Of a DNA stretch of 64,000 nucleotides, positions 42,382 through 53,939 are shown one piece after another. This stretch comes from Cyanobacteria bacterium LVE1205-1. Its GTDB lineage: Bacteria; Cyanobacteriota; Cyanobacteriia; CAIUCS01. Position numbers and translations under genes: made by a program. The first letter of the stretch is position 1. Every line of letters begins with the position of its first letter. The notes beneath the pieces are model-generated. The model was given only the letters and a program-made list of their open reading frames with translations, made no database searches and had not been told where the DNA came from. The DNA lies in NCBI GenBank assembly GCA_041879355.1, contig CP089922.1, positions 379,910 to 443,909 of the forward strand. The letters run 5' to 3'.

Positions 42382-43458
42382 AGGATATTAGATCATTCAC
42401 ATAGGTTCCAGGGATGGGAGCTTCTCCGCCATGTAACCCCAATTCGGTCAAAATGGCTTGGTCTTGCTCTGGGGGCTGACCGAGGGTGGTCAAATAATGA
42501 CCAATTAGCATGGCATTAATCCCCGCCTTCAAGCCCAAGTGTTGAAGTTCACCCATGACAGCTTCCCGCCCCCGGCATAACGGATGATTTGTTCTGGGAG
42601 AATAAGCCGGAAAATGGCGATCGCCTTTAATGCTTCATAGGGATCCAATTTGGGACGGTTATCCAAGGGAGTCCCTGATCGGGGATTTAACAGGTTTAAG
42701 GGAACTGATTCAACTTCCAATTCCCTAAGGGAAAGTGCCAGATCAACCCGGTCAGCCCAACTTTCCCCCATACCCAAAATCCCCCCAGTACAGGCTTGAA
42801 TCCCAACTGATTTTAAATGTTTGACAGTTGCAACTCGGTCATGCCAACGGTGGGTAGAGACAATTTCCGGAAAAAATGCTTCTGATGCCTCTAAGTTATG
42901 GTTATAACGGGTGACCCCAGCATCATGTAAAGACTGAGCCTGTTCCAAGGTTAGTTCACCCAAGGCGCAGCAGGGTTTGATGTTGGTTTCTTGGACGATG
43001 AGACGAACTGTATCCAGAATTTGATCAAACTCGGATGATTTAGAACTGGTGTACTTAGGACCACGCCCTTGGCTGACTAAGCAAAACCGCTTTGCTCCGG
43101 CTGCTTCTGCGGACTTAGCCTGGGTCAAAATTGCTTCCGGGGATTGTAGTCCGTAAATCGGAGATTCTTTACCGGGATGATGGGCGGATTGGGAGCAAAA
43201 CCCACAATTTTCAGAGCAATTCCCAGATTTAACATTGATAATGCTGCATAAGTCTACAGTGTTCCCACAACACGATTGTCTAACCTTATCCGCTGCTGCA
43301 CAAAGGGATAAAATATTCTCCTGACCTTGAATTTCAGTAAGGGCGATGGCTGTGTCTCGATTGATCCGTTCACCTTCAATAATTTGCTCCGTTAAGGTTG
43401 TCAACCAATTTTTAAGTTCAACGGGGGATAATTGAGATAAATTCAGGGGGATTAGCAA
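42365..43458 (-). pseudogene. bioB: biotin synthase BioB, one frame break
   Basis: Radical-SAM motif CSENCGFCSQS. ...IIRYAGG joins REAVMGELQHLGLKAGINAMLIGHYLTTLGQ at the run 42569-42573. The track start is a TTG, so the true N-terminus is uncertain. Confidence 0.88.
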
Positions 43459-43920
43459 CCGTTAGACTCATAAGCTGACTCCTGATGACATGGGGGATTA
43501 TTATTCTCCATCTTAAAAAACCTTGACCTTATCAATTTTTATAAAGCTTAACCCACTTTATCAAAAAAATATTCCAGTAAGCCGGGAATTACTTTTTTAT
43601 GCTTTCAAGTATTTCCAAGTCCAAGTAATGATAGTTAGGAATGCGGATCTTTTAAGCTATATTTTTTGAAGATACTCCATCGTGACTGGTTGTTGTCGGT
43701 CGGGCAGTTCCTCCCGACTGGGTAATGAGGTCTGATGTGGGGTACTAAACCGCACGGTTCAATCTGGTTTATGGTCAGTGAAGTCTCGAATTCCGGCTTT
43801 GGAGCGAATAATCAGTAATTGTTCATCACTCAGGTTGCTAAAGCGAGACTTTCCTATCAAACTGTCTGAAATCCTGAGAGAATTATAGTATTCCATATGC
43901 CCCATTTATAAATCTTAAAG

Positions 43921-44649
43921 TTAGTCGTGGAGGATTTTGGATAAAAACTGTTGTGCCCTGGGGGACTCTGGATGGTGAAAGAAATCAACTTTAGGACGAT
44001 CTTCCAAAATTTCACCCTTATCCATAAAAATTACCTGGTCAGCGACTTTCTTAGCAAAGCCCATTTCATGGGTAACCACAGCCATAGTCATACCCTCATG
44101 GGCTAGTTCCACCATCACATCCAATACTTCATTCACCATTTCTGGATCTAATGCAGAGGTAGGTTCATCAAATAACATCACAATCGGATTCATTGCCAAA
44201 GCACGGACGATGGCCACCCGCTGCTGCTGACCCCCTGACAACTGACCAGGATATTTATGGATTTGCTCAGTTAGACCCACCCTCTGGAGTAATCCCTTCG
44301 CTACTTCAACTGACTGTTCTTTGGATCGTTTCAGTATTCTTACAGGACCTAACGTTAAATTTTCTAAAACAGAAAGATGGGGAAATAACTCAAAATGCTG
44401 AAAAACCATGCCTACCCTGGCTCGCAGCTTGGGTAGATTCTTTTTTAAGTGTCCTACGGATAAGCCATCCACATGGACGGTTCCAGACTGAAAGGATTCC
44501 AACCCATTTATACATTTCAAAAGAGTGGATTTACCCGAACCGGAGGGACCACAAATCACAACAACCTGCCCCTCATAAATATCAAGGGAACAATCTTTTA
44601 AGACTTGAAACTGTCCATACCATTTTGATAACTCACGAATTTGAATCAT
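43921..44649 (-). CDS. amino-acid ABC transporter ATP-binding protein (GltL/GlnQ-like)
   Basis: Walker [10 protein letters not shown], signature [11 protein letters not shown], Walker [12 protein letters not shown]. Confidence 0.88.
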   Translation of the reverse strand: MIQIRELSKWYGQFQVLKDCSLDIYEGQVVVICGPSGSGKSTLLKCINGLESFQSGTVHVDGLSVGHLKKNLPKLRARVGMVFQHFELFPHLSVLENLTLGPVRILKRSKEQSVEVAKGLLQRVGLTEQIHKYPGQLSGGQQQRVAIVRALAMNPIVMLFDEPTSALDPEMVNEVLDVMVELAHEGMTMAVVTHEMGFAKKVADQVIFMDKGEILEDRPKVDFFHHPESPRAQQFLSKILHD

Positions 44650-44657
44650 TGTTTTTA

Positions 44658-45344
44658 TTAAACTTTAAAACTGGGTTGATGTTGCAGTCGCTTAACCCCT
44701 TGGGATACCAGATAACAAAGAATAAAGTAGACTAGGGCTACAAAACTATACATCTCCACTAGTCGACTATCTCGTTGAGCAATCTTGGATGCCGCCCCCA
44801 AAAAATCTGTTCCTGAAATAACATAGACCAATGACGTATCTTGAAAAAGAACAATGGTTTGGGTCAGCAAAACTGGGAGCATGGTGTGAAAAGCTTGGGG
44901 CATAATGACATACCTCATTTGTTGAAGATAATTTAATCCTAGAGCTTTTGCAGCATTTCGTTGTCCTGAAGGAACAGACTGAATTCCAGCCCGTATAATT
45001 TCACAATAGTAAGCACTTTCAAATAATATAAAACTGATCAATGCCGTTTGGTCAGGTCCAATGGTGATGGGTTGTTCAGTTTTAGTCATCCCTTGGAGCA
45101 GAAGAGGAACTAAAAAATACAACCAAAAGATAACTAAAATCAAAGGGATAGAGCGAAAAAAGTTAACATAAAGACCAGCTAGACGCTCTATTATCCTAAT
45201 TCCCGACAACCGTGCCATGGCTAAAAAGGAACCACATATAATCCCTCCAACCATGGCAGTGAATGTCAAGAATAGGGAATATTGTAACCCTTTCCAAAGA
45301 TAGGGCAGGGAGAACCATAGAACAGAACCATCAAAGGATTCCAC
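44658..45344 (-). CDS. amino-acid ABC transporter permease (GltK-like)
   Basis: His/Glu/Gln/Arg/opine-family permease with the EAA loop [21 protein letters not shown]. Confidence 0.82.
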   Translation of the reverse strand: MESFDGSVLWFSLPYLWKGLQYSLFLTFTAMVGGIICGSFLAMARLSGIRIIERLAGLYVNFFRSIPLILVIFWLYFLVPLLLQGMTKTEQPITIGPDQTALISFILFESAYYCEIIRAGIQSVPSGQRNAAKALGLNYLQQMRYVIMPQAFHTMLPVLLTQTIVLFQDTSLVYVISGTDFLGAASKIAQRDSRLVEMYSFVALVYFILCYLVSQGVKRLQHQPSFKV

Positions 45345-45345
45345 C

Positions 45346-46083
45346 TTAGCGTCCCTCCAAATAGCCAGGAATCTTTACCCGTTCTTCCATTCCCGCCATG
45401 ATGGCATTGATCACCAAAGCAATACCAACATAAAGTAAGGTAACCACAGAAAAAACTTCCATACCCTGGAAGGTATATTCATTCACCTGTTGACCCGTTG
45501 CCATCAGTTCTAATAAACCAATGGTAAGGGCAACTGAGGAATTCTTGAAGATATTAATGAATTCGCTGGTTAAGGGAGGTATCATTATCCGCAAAACACA
45601 GGGTAAAAGAATATAACGATAAACCTGAAGTAGGGTAAAACCCATCGCTAAACCCGCTGATTTCTGACCAAGAGGGATGGACATTATTCCAGCTTTAACT
45701 TGTTCTGCAATCCGAGCCGCAGTAAAAAAAGCCAAACTAAAAACAGCAGTGTAAAATTCTGGAAAAGGTAATCCCGTTTTCAACCAATTGCCCCAAGATG
45801 GTGGCAAAATTTCAGGAAGTACAAAAAAACAAAGAAACATCTGAACAATTAAGGGGATATTTCGGAAGACTTCTACGTAAATATCCCCAATCCAACAAAC
45901 CCACTTCAGTGGTGTAGTTCTGCAGACTCCCAGTAAAACTCCTAGGAATAGGGCTAAACACCACGCTAGTAGAGAAGTGGCGATGGTTAACAATAAACCA
46001 GAGACCAACCATTGATAGTATTGTTCACCACCATAATCAACGGTATTCCAGAAAACCTGCCAGTTCCAACGGTAGGAATCCAT
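45346..46083 (-). CDS. amino-acid ABC transporter permease (GltJ-like)
   Basis: Co-linear by eye with E. coli GltJ (YVEVFRNIPLIVQMF...FTAARIAEQVKAGIMSIPLGQKSAGLAMGFTLLQVYRYILLP). Confidence 0.82.
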   Translation of the reverse strand: MDSYRWNWQVFWNTVDYGGEQYYQWLVSGLLLTIATSLLAWCLALFLGVLLGVCRTTPLKWVCWIGDIYVEVFRNIPLIVQMFLCFFVLPEILPPSWGNWLKTGLPFPEFYTAVFSLAFFTAARIAEQVKAGIMSIPLGQKSAGLAMGFTLLQVYRYILLPCVLRIMIPPLTSEFINIFKNSSVALTIGLLELMATGQQVNEYTFQGMEVFSVVTLLYVGIALVINAIMAGMEERVKIPGYLEGR

Positions 46084-46086
46084 TAA

Positions 46087-47010
46087 TTATTGTTTACCTT
46101 GATCACTGGGTTTTTGAAAGGCTGATTTCAATGCATCTCCTAAAGGCAGGTTTAACTTTATTCCCCGAGGGGGATGGGACGAAGAAACCACTTCGTATAA
46201 AGTCGGTTGACTTCACCACTCTTAAAAACGCTCTTTAGGGTATCATCCACAACTTTTTTGAAAGCAGGGTCATCTTTGCGTAACATCAGACCGTAGGGTT
46301 CAACCGAAAGGGGAGCCCCCACAATTTGAAAATCATCAGGTTTTTTGGAATTGGCGATGAGACCAGCCAACAATACATCATCCATTACAAATGCAGAAGC
46401 GCGACCGGTTTCCAGGATGAGAAATGATTCAGCGTGGTCTTTACCATACAAGTTAACCACATTAATTTTTTTGCCCCGTTCATTTTGCTTGATGAGGCTG
46501 TCTGAAGTGGTTCCGGAAGTTGTCACTACTGGTTTACCATCGAGAATCATCCAACGTTTTGATATTGGAATTCGCCTTAACCGCCATTCTGACAGAACTG
46601 ATATAATGGGCAACACTAAATGCAACTTGCTTCTGACGCTCTTTGGTATTGGTAGTTGAACCACATTCCAAGTCAATTACCCCACTAGCCATCAACGGGA
46701 TTCGGGTTTGGGAGGTGACGGGATTTGTCTCAACTTTTAAGTTGGGTAGTTGTAGTTGCTTTTTGAGTGAATCCACCACCTTCAGACAAAGGTCAATGGA
46801 ATAACCAATGGATTTTTGATTATTGTCTAAATAAGAAAAAGGAATTGAAGATTCTCGCACTCCCAGAACAATTGTGCCAGATTCCTTGATTTTCTTTAAT
46901 GTTCCGGTGAACTCTGTAGTCTGAGATTGTCCATTGCTTGACTGGATTAAACCAAGCCCAATGGAAAACCCCACTAAAACCATGGAAACTATTTTGTTCA
47001 TTGTTATCAA
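46087..47010 (-). pseudogene. periplasmic amino-acid-binding protein (GltI-like), two frame changes
   Basis: Signal peptide (ATG 47001). IPFSYLDNNQKSIGYSIDLC...IDLECGSTTNTKERQ, then DGKPVVTTSGTTSD...AFVMDDVLLAG...YTKWFLRPIP, then PRGIKLNLPLGDALKSAFQKPSDQGKQ*. The second break is in the run at 46169-46173, and the first is near 46560. Confidence 0.8.
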
Positions 47011-47035
47011 TCTCTGTAAATTAAGTCTAATAATA

Positions 47036-47077
47036 AATATACGAAATACATACTATTTTTTTTGTAGTTTAAGTTGC
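47036..47077 (-). promoter_or_regulatory. candidate NtcA-type activated promoter for the amino-acid ABC operon
   Basis: On the minus strand: GCA-N8-TAC (47077-47064), exactly 22 nt, then TATATT (47041-47036). This matches the canonical GTA-N8-TAC-N22-TAN3T architecture with one mismatch. It lies about 30-70 nt upstream of the start codon. Confidence 0.3.
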
Positions 47078-47224
47078 AATTTCAATTTATTTAGAATTTA
47101 TTTAAATTGAATATATTAATCTAACTATTAGGTTCTATCTCCCCCAAGACGACGGAATGAGTCATCTTCCATACATCACTTGTAACGTTATGTATCTTTT
47201 TCCATCATTCGTGGCATAACTTTA

Positions 47225-47428
47225 CTAAGGACTTGACAACCCTAACATCGCCTTCAACGTAAATGTCATAAAAACCAACCCTGAAATCAATAAACCCACC
47301 AAAGCAACCCCAGTCAATGGTTTCTTGAACAATGGAGTTAACCAGCCCAAGGACGCTGCAAAAATACCTAAGGTAACTGTAATCAAAAATCGTGGGTAAC
47401 GGGAAATATTATTAAAAAAATCTTGCAT
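47225..47428 (-). CDS. DUF751 (Ycf33-like) small membrane protein
   Basis: MQDFFNNISRYPRFLITVTLGIFAASLGWLTPLF... Confidence 0.6.
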   Translation of the reverse strand: MQDFFNNISRYPRFLITVTLGIFAASLGWLTPLFKKPLTGVALVGLLISGLVFMTFTLKAMLGLSSP

Positions 47429-47654
47429 AATTCTAAAGTATTTTAATTCACTGACTAAGATGGTTATTGAAGAATTATCACCTTAATGTATAACCAAATA
47501 CAATAATGTAACATGAATAGTTAGCATAGAAACTTTTTTGTCCTGCTCTCTACAAAAAATATACAAGAATTACTACTAGTTAACAGCTTAAAACAAGCCA
47601 TGCCGTTTAACAATCGGCGTGGTTCTGCTATCCCATCTGTAAGGAACAAACCCC

Positions 47655-48131
47655 ATGGCAACCCCTCCCATCAACATTGGTATTGATGAAGCAACTCGTA
47701 AAGAAATCGCCACTGGTCTGTCGCGTCTTTTGGCAGACACTTACTCCCTGTACCTAAAAACCCACAACTTCCATTGGAATGTAACTGGTCCCATGTTTCA
47801 AACCTTACATCTGATGTTTGAACAACAATATATCGAACTAGCATTAGCAGTTGATCAGGTAGCAGAACGAATCCGAGCCCTTGGCTTTCCTGCTCCTGGC
47901 ACCTATTCCGAATATAGCCGGCTTAGTTCCATTCCTGAAACTGAAGGAGTCCCTCGGTCTCATGACATGATTCAATTTTTAGTCGAAGGACAGGAAGCAG
48001 TTATCCGCACTGCTCGCAGCATCTTTTCCATTGCCGAAGCAGCTAACGATGAACCTACGGCTGACTTGCTGACCCAACGGATGCAGATTCACGAAAAGAC
48101 TGCATGGATGTTACGGAGCTTGCTGGAATAG
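47655..48131 (+). CDS. dps: Dps-family DNA-binding ferritin-like protein
   Basis: [35 protein letters not shown]...[11 protein letters not shown]. Confidence 0.88.
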   Translation: MATPPINIGIDEATRKEIATGLSRLLADTYSLYLKTHNFHWNVTGPMFQTLHLMFEQQYIELALAVDQVAERIRALGFPAPGTYSEYSRLSSIPETEGVPRSHDMIQFLVEGQEAVIRTARSIFSIAEAANDEPTADLLTQRMQIHEKTAWMLRSLLE

Positions 48132-48750
48132 GGACTAAAGCCTGTTTTTGGTGGGCAACGGTTTTCAGTCGCAGGTAAAAGTCAGAAGACCGAGTTGCCG
48201 GGACAAATTCCTGGATAGAGTGGTGATGGGTGAGCCATCGTCGCCGTTCCATGGGAACTAGGTACTCCCTTGTTCCCCCACCAGTGCTCGTTAATGAGTT
48301 ATCTGGTGGACGTGGTGCTTCTGTTTGACGGAATGGAGTATAGGGCTGTCTATGGTTTTCTGGCACATCCACCATAACTCGAGTTAGGAAAGTTTGACGA
48401 CCATAATAATTAATCTCTGGTGGGAATAGGTTCTGGTTCCCATCAAGGAATTGTGACCCAGGGCGATCGCAAATAATTCGTTCAAAGTCATAGGTGAAAT
48501 GACAGAGAGGATGTCCCCGTCGTTTCCAGAATCCTAGGATTTGTTCCACAGAAACCGCCTTATACCGTCCCTGATATAAAGATTCCACCACCGCTAGACG
48601 GATCCACTCCGTAGTAAAATGATAACTCCAAGCTACAATAAATGACTCAGGTGCAAAACCTTCCAAGTCAAAGCTATAGTGGCGGAGTAAATCCATTAGT
48701 ACAATTGCTTGATCATCCCTTAGCCATAGATTCATTGGGTCACTGGACAT
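48055..48750 (-). CDS. conserved-looking hypothetical protein
   Basis: Track ORF (231 aa). The N-terminal 110 residues look globular ([37 protein letters not shown]). The C-terminal tail overlaps the dps 3' end by 77 nt and may be over-extended. Confidence 0.4.
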   Translation of the reverse strand: MSSDPMNLWLRDDQAIVLMDLLRHYSFDLEGFAPESFIVAWSYHFTTEWIRLAVVESLYQGRYKAVSVEQILGFWKRRGHPLCHFTYDFERIICDRPGSQFLDGNQNLFPPEINYYGRQTFLTRVMVDVPENHRQPYTPFRQTEAPRPPDNSLTSTGGGTREYLVPMERRRWLTHHHSIQEFVPATRSSDFYLRLKTVAHQKQALVPIPASSVTSMQSFRESASVGSASQP

Positions 48751-48764
48751 CTAAGAACATTAAT

Positions 48765-49744
48765 ATGACAGTATTCGAGCATTTGAACCAAACCCACCCT
48801 CATCAAGTGATGGTCAAAGTTCCAGCCACTACGGCTAATTTAGGACCTGGATTTGACTGCATTGGTGCGGCGTTGAATTTATATAATTGCTTTCATTTTT
48901 CACTTCCCACCTCCCGGTCAACTCCCGCCTTGACTATTATAGCCAATGGTGTTGGAGCAGAGCGGGTTGCAATAGATGCCAGTAATTTAGTGTATCGATC
49001 CTTCGCATCCTTTTTTCAACAGTTAGGTAAAACCCCTCCCCCAGTGGTAATTACAATCCATATGGGTATCCCGTTAGCACGAGGGTTGGGAAGTTCGGCT
49101 ACTGCAATTGTGGGGGGATTATGGCTGCCAACCATCTGATGCATTCACCCTTCAGTCAGGCAGATGTTATACAGTTGGCTATCGCTTTAGAAGGACACCC
49201 GGATAACGTTGTCCCCGCATTGGTTGGCGGATGTCAACTGGCAACAACCATTAACCCCACCTCAAACCCCAGCCACCTCATTACCCCCATATCCTGGCAT
49301 CCATCCCTCACGCCTATAATTGCCATTCCCGACTTTGAACTATCCACCCAGGCTGCCCGTCAAGTCTTACCCCTTCAATACCCCCGAGAGGATGTAATTT
49401 TTAATACGTCCCATTTGGGGTTATTAATTCGGGCATTGGAGACTAAAAACCCTGAATGGCTGCGAATTGCACTAGCCGATCGCATCCATCAGCCCTATCG
49501 TCAAGCATTAATTCCAGGATATGAACAGGTGCATGGAGCGGCTATCGCTGCCGGTGCCTATGGAGTTGTCATTAGTGGAGCCGGTCCCAGTTTATTAGCG
49601 TTCGTGGATCAATCCCAAGCACCAGGAGTAATCCTAGCCATGGAACAGGCATGGCTAAAAGTTGGTCTCACGTCAACCGTCCAAGCCATGACCCTCGACC
49701 AAGGGGGTGCCACCCTGATCGAGCCAGTTCATCCCATGGCATAG
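48765..49744 (+). pseudogene. thrB: homoserine kinase ThrB, one frame break near 49105-49125
   Basis: MTVFEHL...VKVPATTANLGPGFDCIGAAL (GHMP motif)...GLGSSATAIVGGL, then AANHLMHSPFSQADVIQLAIALEGHPDNVVPAL...GAGPSLLAF. Confidence 0.88.
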
Positions 49745-49817
49745 CCCCAACCAAAGAACCGTCAACAGGAAAAACCCAGAGATGGAAGCCCATGGTTCTT
49801 TACCACTATAGAAAAAA

Positions 49818-51296
49818 TTAACGACCACCCACTGTAATACTATCCACCTTCAGGTGGGGTTGTCCCACGGTGACATAAATACTGCCACTCACAGAACCAC
49901 AGAAGCCCGCAGCTAATCCTAAATCATTGGAGCACATGGAAATTTTATTCATAATATCCTGAGCTTCTCCAACTAGGGTTGCTCCTTTCAGGGGCTTCGT
50001 TAGTTGACCATGGTCAATCCAATAGGCTTCATCAACGGCAAAGTTAAATTGACCCGTTGCTCCCACACTGCCGCCACCCATCTTTTTACAATAAATACCC
50101 CGATCCACTGACGACAGTAAGTCATCTAAACTAAAATCACCAGGGGCGATATAGGTATTTCGCATCCGACTAGCGGCAGGATAGGCAAAACTTTGGCGCC
50201 TTCCACTTCCTGTACGGGGTTGTCCAGTCCGGAGAGAACCGGCGCGGTCAGAGAGAAAATTCTTCAGAATTCCATTTTCAATTAACAATGTACGCTGAGA
50301 AGGCATCCCTTCATCGTCCATATCAATGGTACCAAAAGCTTGATCTGATAAACCCTCATCCCAGGCTGTCAAACTTTCATGGGCAATCTTTTCTCCCTTT
50401 CTTTGAGCAAAGGGGGTGGTCTGACGTTCCAATTGGGTGGTTTCTAGTAAATGACCACACGCTTCATGAAAAATAACCCCACCGAATTGATTAGCCATGA
50501 TAATAGGATAATTGCCAGATTCAACATAGTCTGCATAAAGCATGTGACCCGCTGAGGCAGCCACCTCTTCAGCATTATCTGCATAATTCCATTTCCTTAG
50601 GAAATCCGGTTGTCCGGTATTACCAACGCGCTGGTTAATAGAAGAGCGATGATTCCCATCTGCACATAGGAGGCTGTAGCCAACGGATTGAGTCAGACGA
50701 ATATCCCGGGCAAATGTACCATCACTGGCGGCAACTAAAACCTCTTGCCAATCTCGAAAATAGGCAGCCCGACGGGACTGCACATGGGTTGCTTTTTTAT
50801 TAAGGGCATCGTTGGCAGACAGAAGCACCTCTTCCATTTCCGCCATAGAACTGCAATGAGTCAGCCATGTTTCTTTGTGACGGAGCTTGGTATAATCCCG
50901 CAGTAAACCCAGGTTAATTTCAGGGATGTAGGCATGGGAACTGGGAAGCTGAAGTCCAAGGATATCCAAGGCTTTCTCCAGGGATGATTTCAATCCAGTA
51001 AAAGAAACATCATTGGTACTTACATACCCATCTCTTTTGCCACGAAATACCCTAACTCCTGCCCCCACTGACAAACGGGGAGAGATGCTGGTGAGGGTAT
51101 CGTCTTCGGCTAAGGAACTAATGTAATTAACCCGTTCAAGAAAGAATTCAATAAAGTCAGCACCTGCCGAACGCCCTAGCCCTAAAAGAGTTGAAAGGGG
51201 GGTTTCCCATGATTGGTCAAACCGGTCTGGGGAGGGAGAATACTCTAACGTGGGGAGTTGATAAGATAGTAAAAGGGAGGGGGTGGCTAGAATCAT
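49818..51296 (-). CDS. tldD: TldD-family metalloprotease
   Basis: HEACGH zinc motif, the conserved C-terminal [13 protein letters not shown], and GFCGSVSGS. Confidence 0.85.
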   Translation of the reverse strand: MILATPSLLLSYQLPTLEYSPSPDRFDQSWETPLSTLLGLGRSAGADFIEFFLERVNYISSLAEDDTLTSISPRLSVGAGVRVFRGKRDGYVSTNDVSFTGLKSSLEKALDILGLQLPSSHAYIPEINLGLLRDYTKLRHKETWLTHCSSMAEMEEVLLSANDALNKKATHVQSRRAAYFRDWQEVLVAASDGTFARDIRLTQSVGYSLLCADGNHRSSINQRVGNTGQPDFLRKWNYADNAEEVAASAGHMLYADYVESGNYPIIMANQFGGVIFHEACGHLLETTQLERQTTPFAQRKGEKIAHESLTAWDEGLSDQAFGTIDMDDEGMPSQRTLLIENGILKNFLSDRAGSLRTGQPRTGSGRRQSFAYPAASRMRNTYIAPGDFSLDDLLSSVDRGIYCKKMGGGSVGATGQFNFAVDEAYWIDHGQLTKPLKGATLVGEAQDIMNKISMCSNDLGLAAGFCGSVSGSIYVTVGQPHLKVDSITVGGR

Positions 51297-51580
51297 GAAG
51301 AATAACCTTAAAATTTATCGGTTGAACTCGCCGTTATCAGTAGTTAGTTATCTCTTTCAGTTTAACATAAGGTCTAAGAGTGGGTGGGAGTCTGCCCAGC
51401 TTGGATAAAAACCCGTTATCTTCCCCAGTCCAAGGAAAAAAGTCCATTTTCAGTCATCAGTCCACCACTCCCAATTCGAATCAAAGCCATGAATGTGGCT
51501 TTTAGGATATTCTCAGCCTCATGATGAACCATAGTTCTCATCATTTGACCAATTACATCATCCAACAGTTTTAATTTCCC

Positions 51581-52769
51581 ATGATTCACTCCCAATCTGT
51601 AAGTGCAGCCGTTGCTCGTCTTTACAACACCTACCCATTTCCCCCCGAACCAATTTTAGATGAGCCTCCCCCTGGATATAACTGGCGTTGGAACTGGATT
51701 ACAGCTGCAGCATTTTGCAGTGGTCGTAAACCTACTCGTCTTGATGTGCGGATCTTAGATGCTGGTTGTGGCACAGGGGTTAGCACGGAGTATTTAGCCC
51801 ATCTGAATCCCCATGCCCATGTAACTGGAATTGATATTAGTGAAGGAGCTTTGGACATAGCTCGGGAACGCTGTCAACGATCAGGAGCAGGTCGAGTTGA
51901 ATTTCGTCACCTCAGTCTCTATGACCTGGAACAATTGTCTGGAGAATTTGATTATATCAACTGCGTTGGAGTGTTACATCATCTAAGGGAACCTCAACGG
52001 GGGCTCCAGTCTCTAGCAGCCAAACTAGCTCCGGCAGGATATATCCATATTTTTGTGTATGCTGCTCTGGGACGGTGGGAAATTCAATTAATGCAAGAAG
52101 CACTAGCACTTTTGCAGGGTGATTCCATGGGGGATTTTCGAGGCGGGGTACAACTGGGGCGCACCCTTTTTGCGGTTTTACCAGAAGGCAATCGGCTGCG
52201 TAGACGGGAAGAGGAACGGTGGGCGATGGAAAATCAACGGGATGAATGTTTTGCTGACATGTACCTCCATCCTCAAGAAACTGACTATACCATTGATACC
52301 CTCTTTGAACTCATTGATAAATCAGGTCTGGAGTTTTTAGGGTTCTCCAATCCTGGCTTTTGGCAGTTGGAGCGATTGTTTAGCAAACAACCAGATTTAA
52401 TAAAGCGGGCAGCCTTACTAACTGAACGACAACGGTATCGACTGACTGAATTATTGGATCCAGATGTCAGTCACTATGAGTTTTTTTAGCAAAGCCCCCA
52501 GTGACCCGGATTAACTGGAGTCATAATACTGATTTATGGAATGCCACTGCTGAATTAAGTCCCTGTACGCAGGGTTGGCCCCACCATTTATTATTCAACG
52601 GCGACTACCAAGTTGTTCATCTAACTGAGGGGAGTACCTCTTTCTGGAACAATGCACTTCCCGACCAGATGCTACGGTGGGGGACATTCTAGAAACTATC
52701 TCCTTTGACTTAGATGGCGTTCGTTCGTTGCTCCACCGCCAACTCATTTTATTGACCCCCCACAGTTAA
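51581..52769 (+). pseudogene. class I SAM-dependent methyltransferase with C-terminal extension, two net -1 frame breaks
   Basis: ILDAGCGTGVSTEYLA. The stop after ...SHYEFF is created at T-run 52481-52487. The next frame reads LAKPPVTRINWSHNTDLWNATAELSPC... A third frame reads [33 protein letters not shown] (stop 52767-52769). The last segment is less certain. Confidence 0.6.
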
Positions 52770-53351
52770 TTGCCAGATTGAATTGTGAGGGATTAACTTG
52801 ACAAGCCCCAAAATGCTCCTTCGATATAATCCTGGAGAGTAAATTGGAACCCCGATCGCCCCTGTGGATGATCCCTGAACCGGGGTACATCGGTCACGGG
52901 TATCATCAGAATGTTGATGGGCTGGCAGGCGTTGGCAATTCACCAGTGCCACATCAAATCGACATTCAGTGATGGTCAAACTGGGATGAATGATGGAGTA
53001 ATCTACTAAAAATAGTTGGGCAGTTTGCCATAACTTAGCCTGTTTCTTGGGTGTAATTGAGAATATCCCATCCCCATCCCAATTCCCTCGCCGACGTGTC
53101 TTGACTTCCACAAATATTAGGGTGACCCCTGTTCCCCCCTGGGTTGATGCCATTGAACCAGTCTGGGAGAAGGGATTAATCCTACAATCATGGGATAATT
53201 CTCCATAGGGACGTTGGGCAATAATATCGATCTCACCCCAACGGCATTGCCACCTGCGATTGACAACATCCCACCCTTGGGCTAGAAGCCATTCGGCGAC
53301 GAAGTCTTCTCCTAATTGACCGCTATTGATTTCCCCAAAAAGCTTGACCAT
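52749..53351 (-). CDS. YraN-family (UPF0102) endonuclease-like protein with insertion and long C-terminal tail
   Basis: [32 protein letters not shown]...[14 protein letters not shown]...CRFDVALV. Confidence 0.65.
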   Translation of the reverse strand: MVKLFGEINSGQLGEDFVAEWLLAQGWDVVNRRWQCRWGEIDIIAQRPYGELSHDCRINPFSQTGSMASTQGGTGVTLIFVEVKTRRRGNWDGDGIFSITPKKQAKLWQTAQLFLVDYSIIHPSLTITECRFDVALVNCQRLPAHQHSDDTRDRCTPVQGSSTGAIGVPIYSPGLYRRSILGLVKLIPHNSIWQLTVGGQ

Positions 53352-53427
53352 AATGCACTAGGGATAATTGGGTTTTTATGACTTAGACTTTAAGTATAAA
53401 ACTGTAGAATGGATTCAGGTTTGAGGA

Positions 53428-53913
53428 ATGGTGGATGTTGATCAATTAACAGCCGGGGCATCACTCCAGATGCAACCCCAAGGGAGTTCAGCCGTTATTT
53501 TTCATTTAGCCTTTCCAGTAAAGGATTTAGAGGAAACAAAATCCTTTTATGTCAACGGTTTGGGGTGTGGATTGGGACGAGAAACCAAAACAGCCCTAAT
53601 TCTCAACCTATACGGGCATCAACTGGTAGCCCATGTTACTGATGAACTGACGACAAAGCAAAAAGGAATTTATCCCCGTCACTTTGGACTGATCTTCTTG
53701 GTTGAAACCCATTGGCATGCACTATTGGTTAAAGCCTCAGAACGTCAACTCCTTTTTTACCAAGGGGCTAAACAACGGTTCATTGGTTCTCCCCTGGAAC
53801 ATCGGACTTTCTTTTTGCAAGACCCCTCTGGTAACTTAATGGAATTTAAGTTTTACCGTTATCCTGAAGCAATATTTGGCGATCGCACCCTTCATTGCAT
53901 TGGAGATGGATGA
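53428..53913 (+). CDS. VOC-family (glyoxalase/bleomycin-resistance/dioxygenase fold) protein
   Basis: FHLAFPVKDLEETKSFYVNGLGC...HFGLIF...TFFLQDPSGNLMEFK. Confidence 0.6.
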   Translation: MVDVDQLTAGASLQMQPQGSSAVIFHLAFPVKDLEETKSFYVNGLGCGLGRETKTALILNLYGHQLVAHVTDELTTKQKGIYPRHFGLIFLVETHWHALLVKASERQLLFYQGAKQRFIGSPLEHRTFFLQDPSGNLMEFKFYRYPEAIFGDRTLHCIGDG

Positions 53914-53939
53914 TTGTTTTCCATGGCGATTAATGGAAG

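Noticed and set aside
43759-43896. A 45-codon minus-strand ORF (MEYYNSLRISDSLIGKSRFSNLSDEQLLIIRSKAGIRDFTDHKPD) between the ABC operon and bioB, considered as a small antitoxin-like gene.
   Set aside because: There is no partner ORF, no recognisable family and no clear ribosome-binding site. It is too weak to call.
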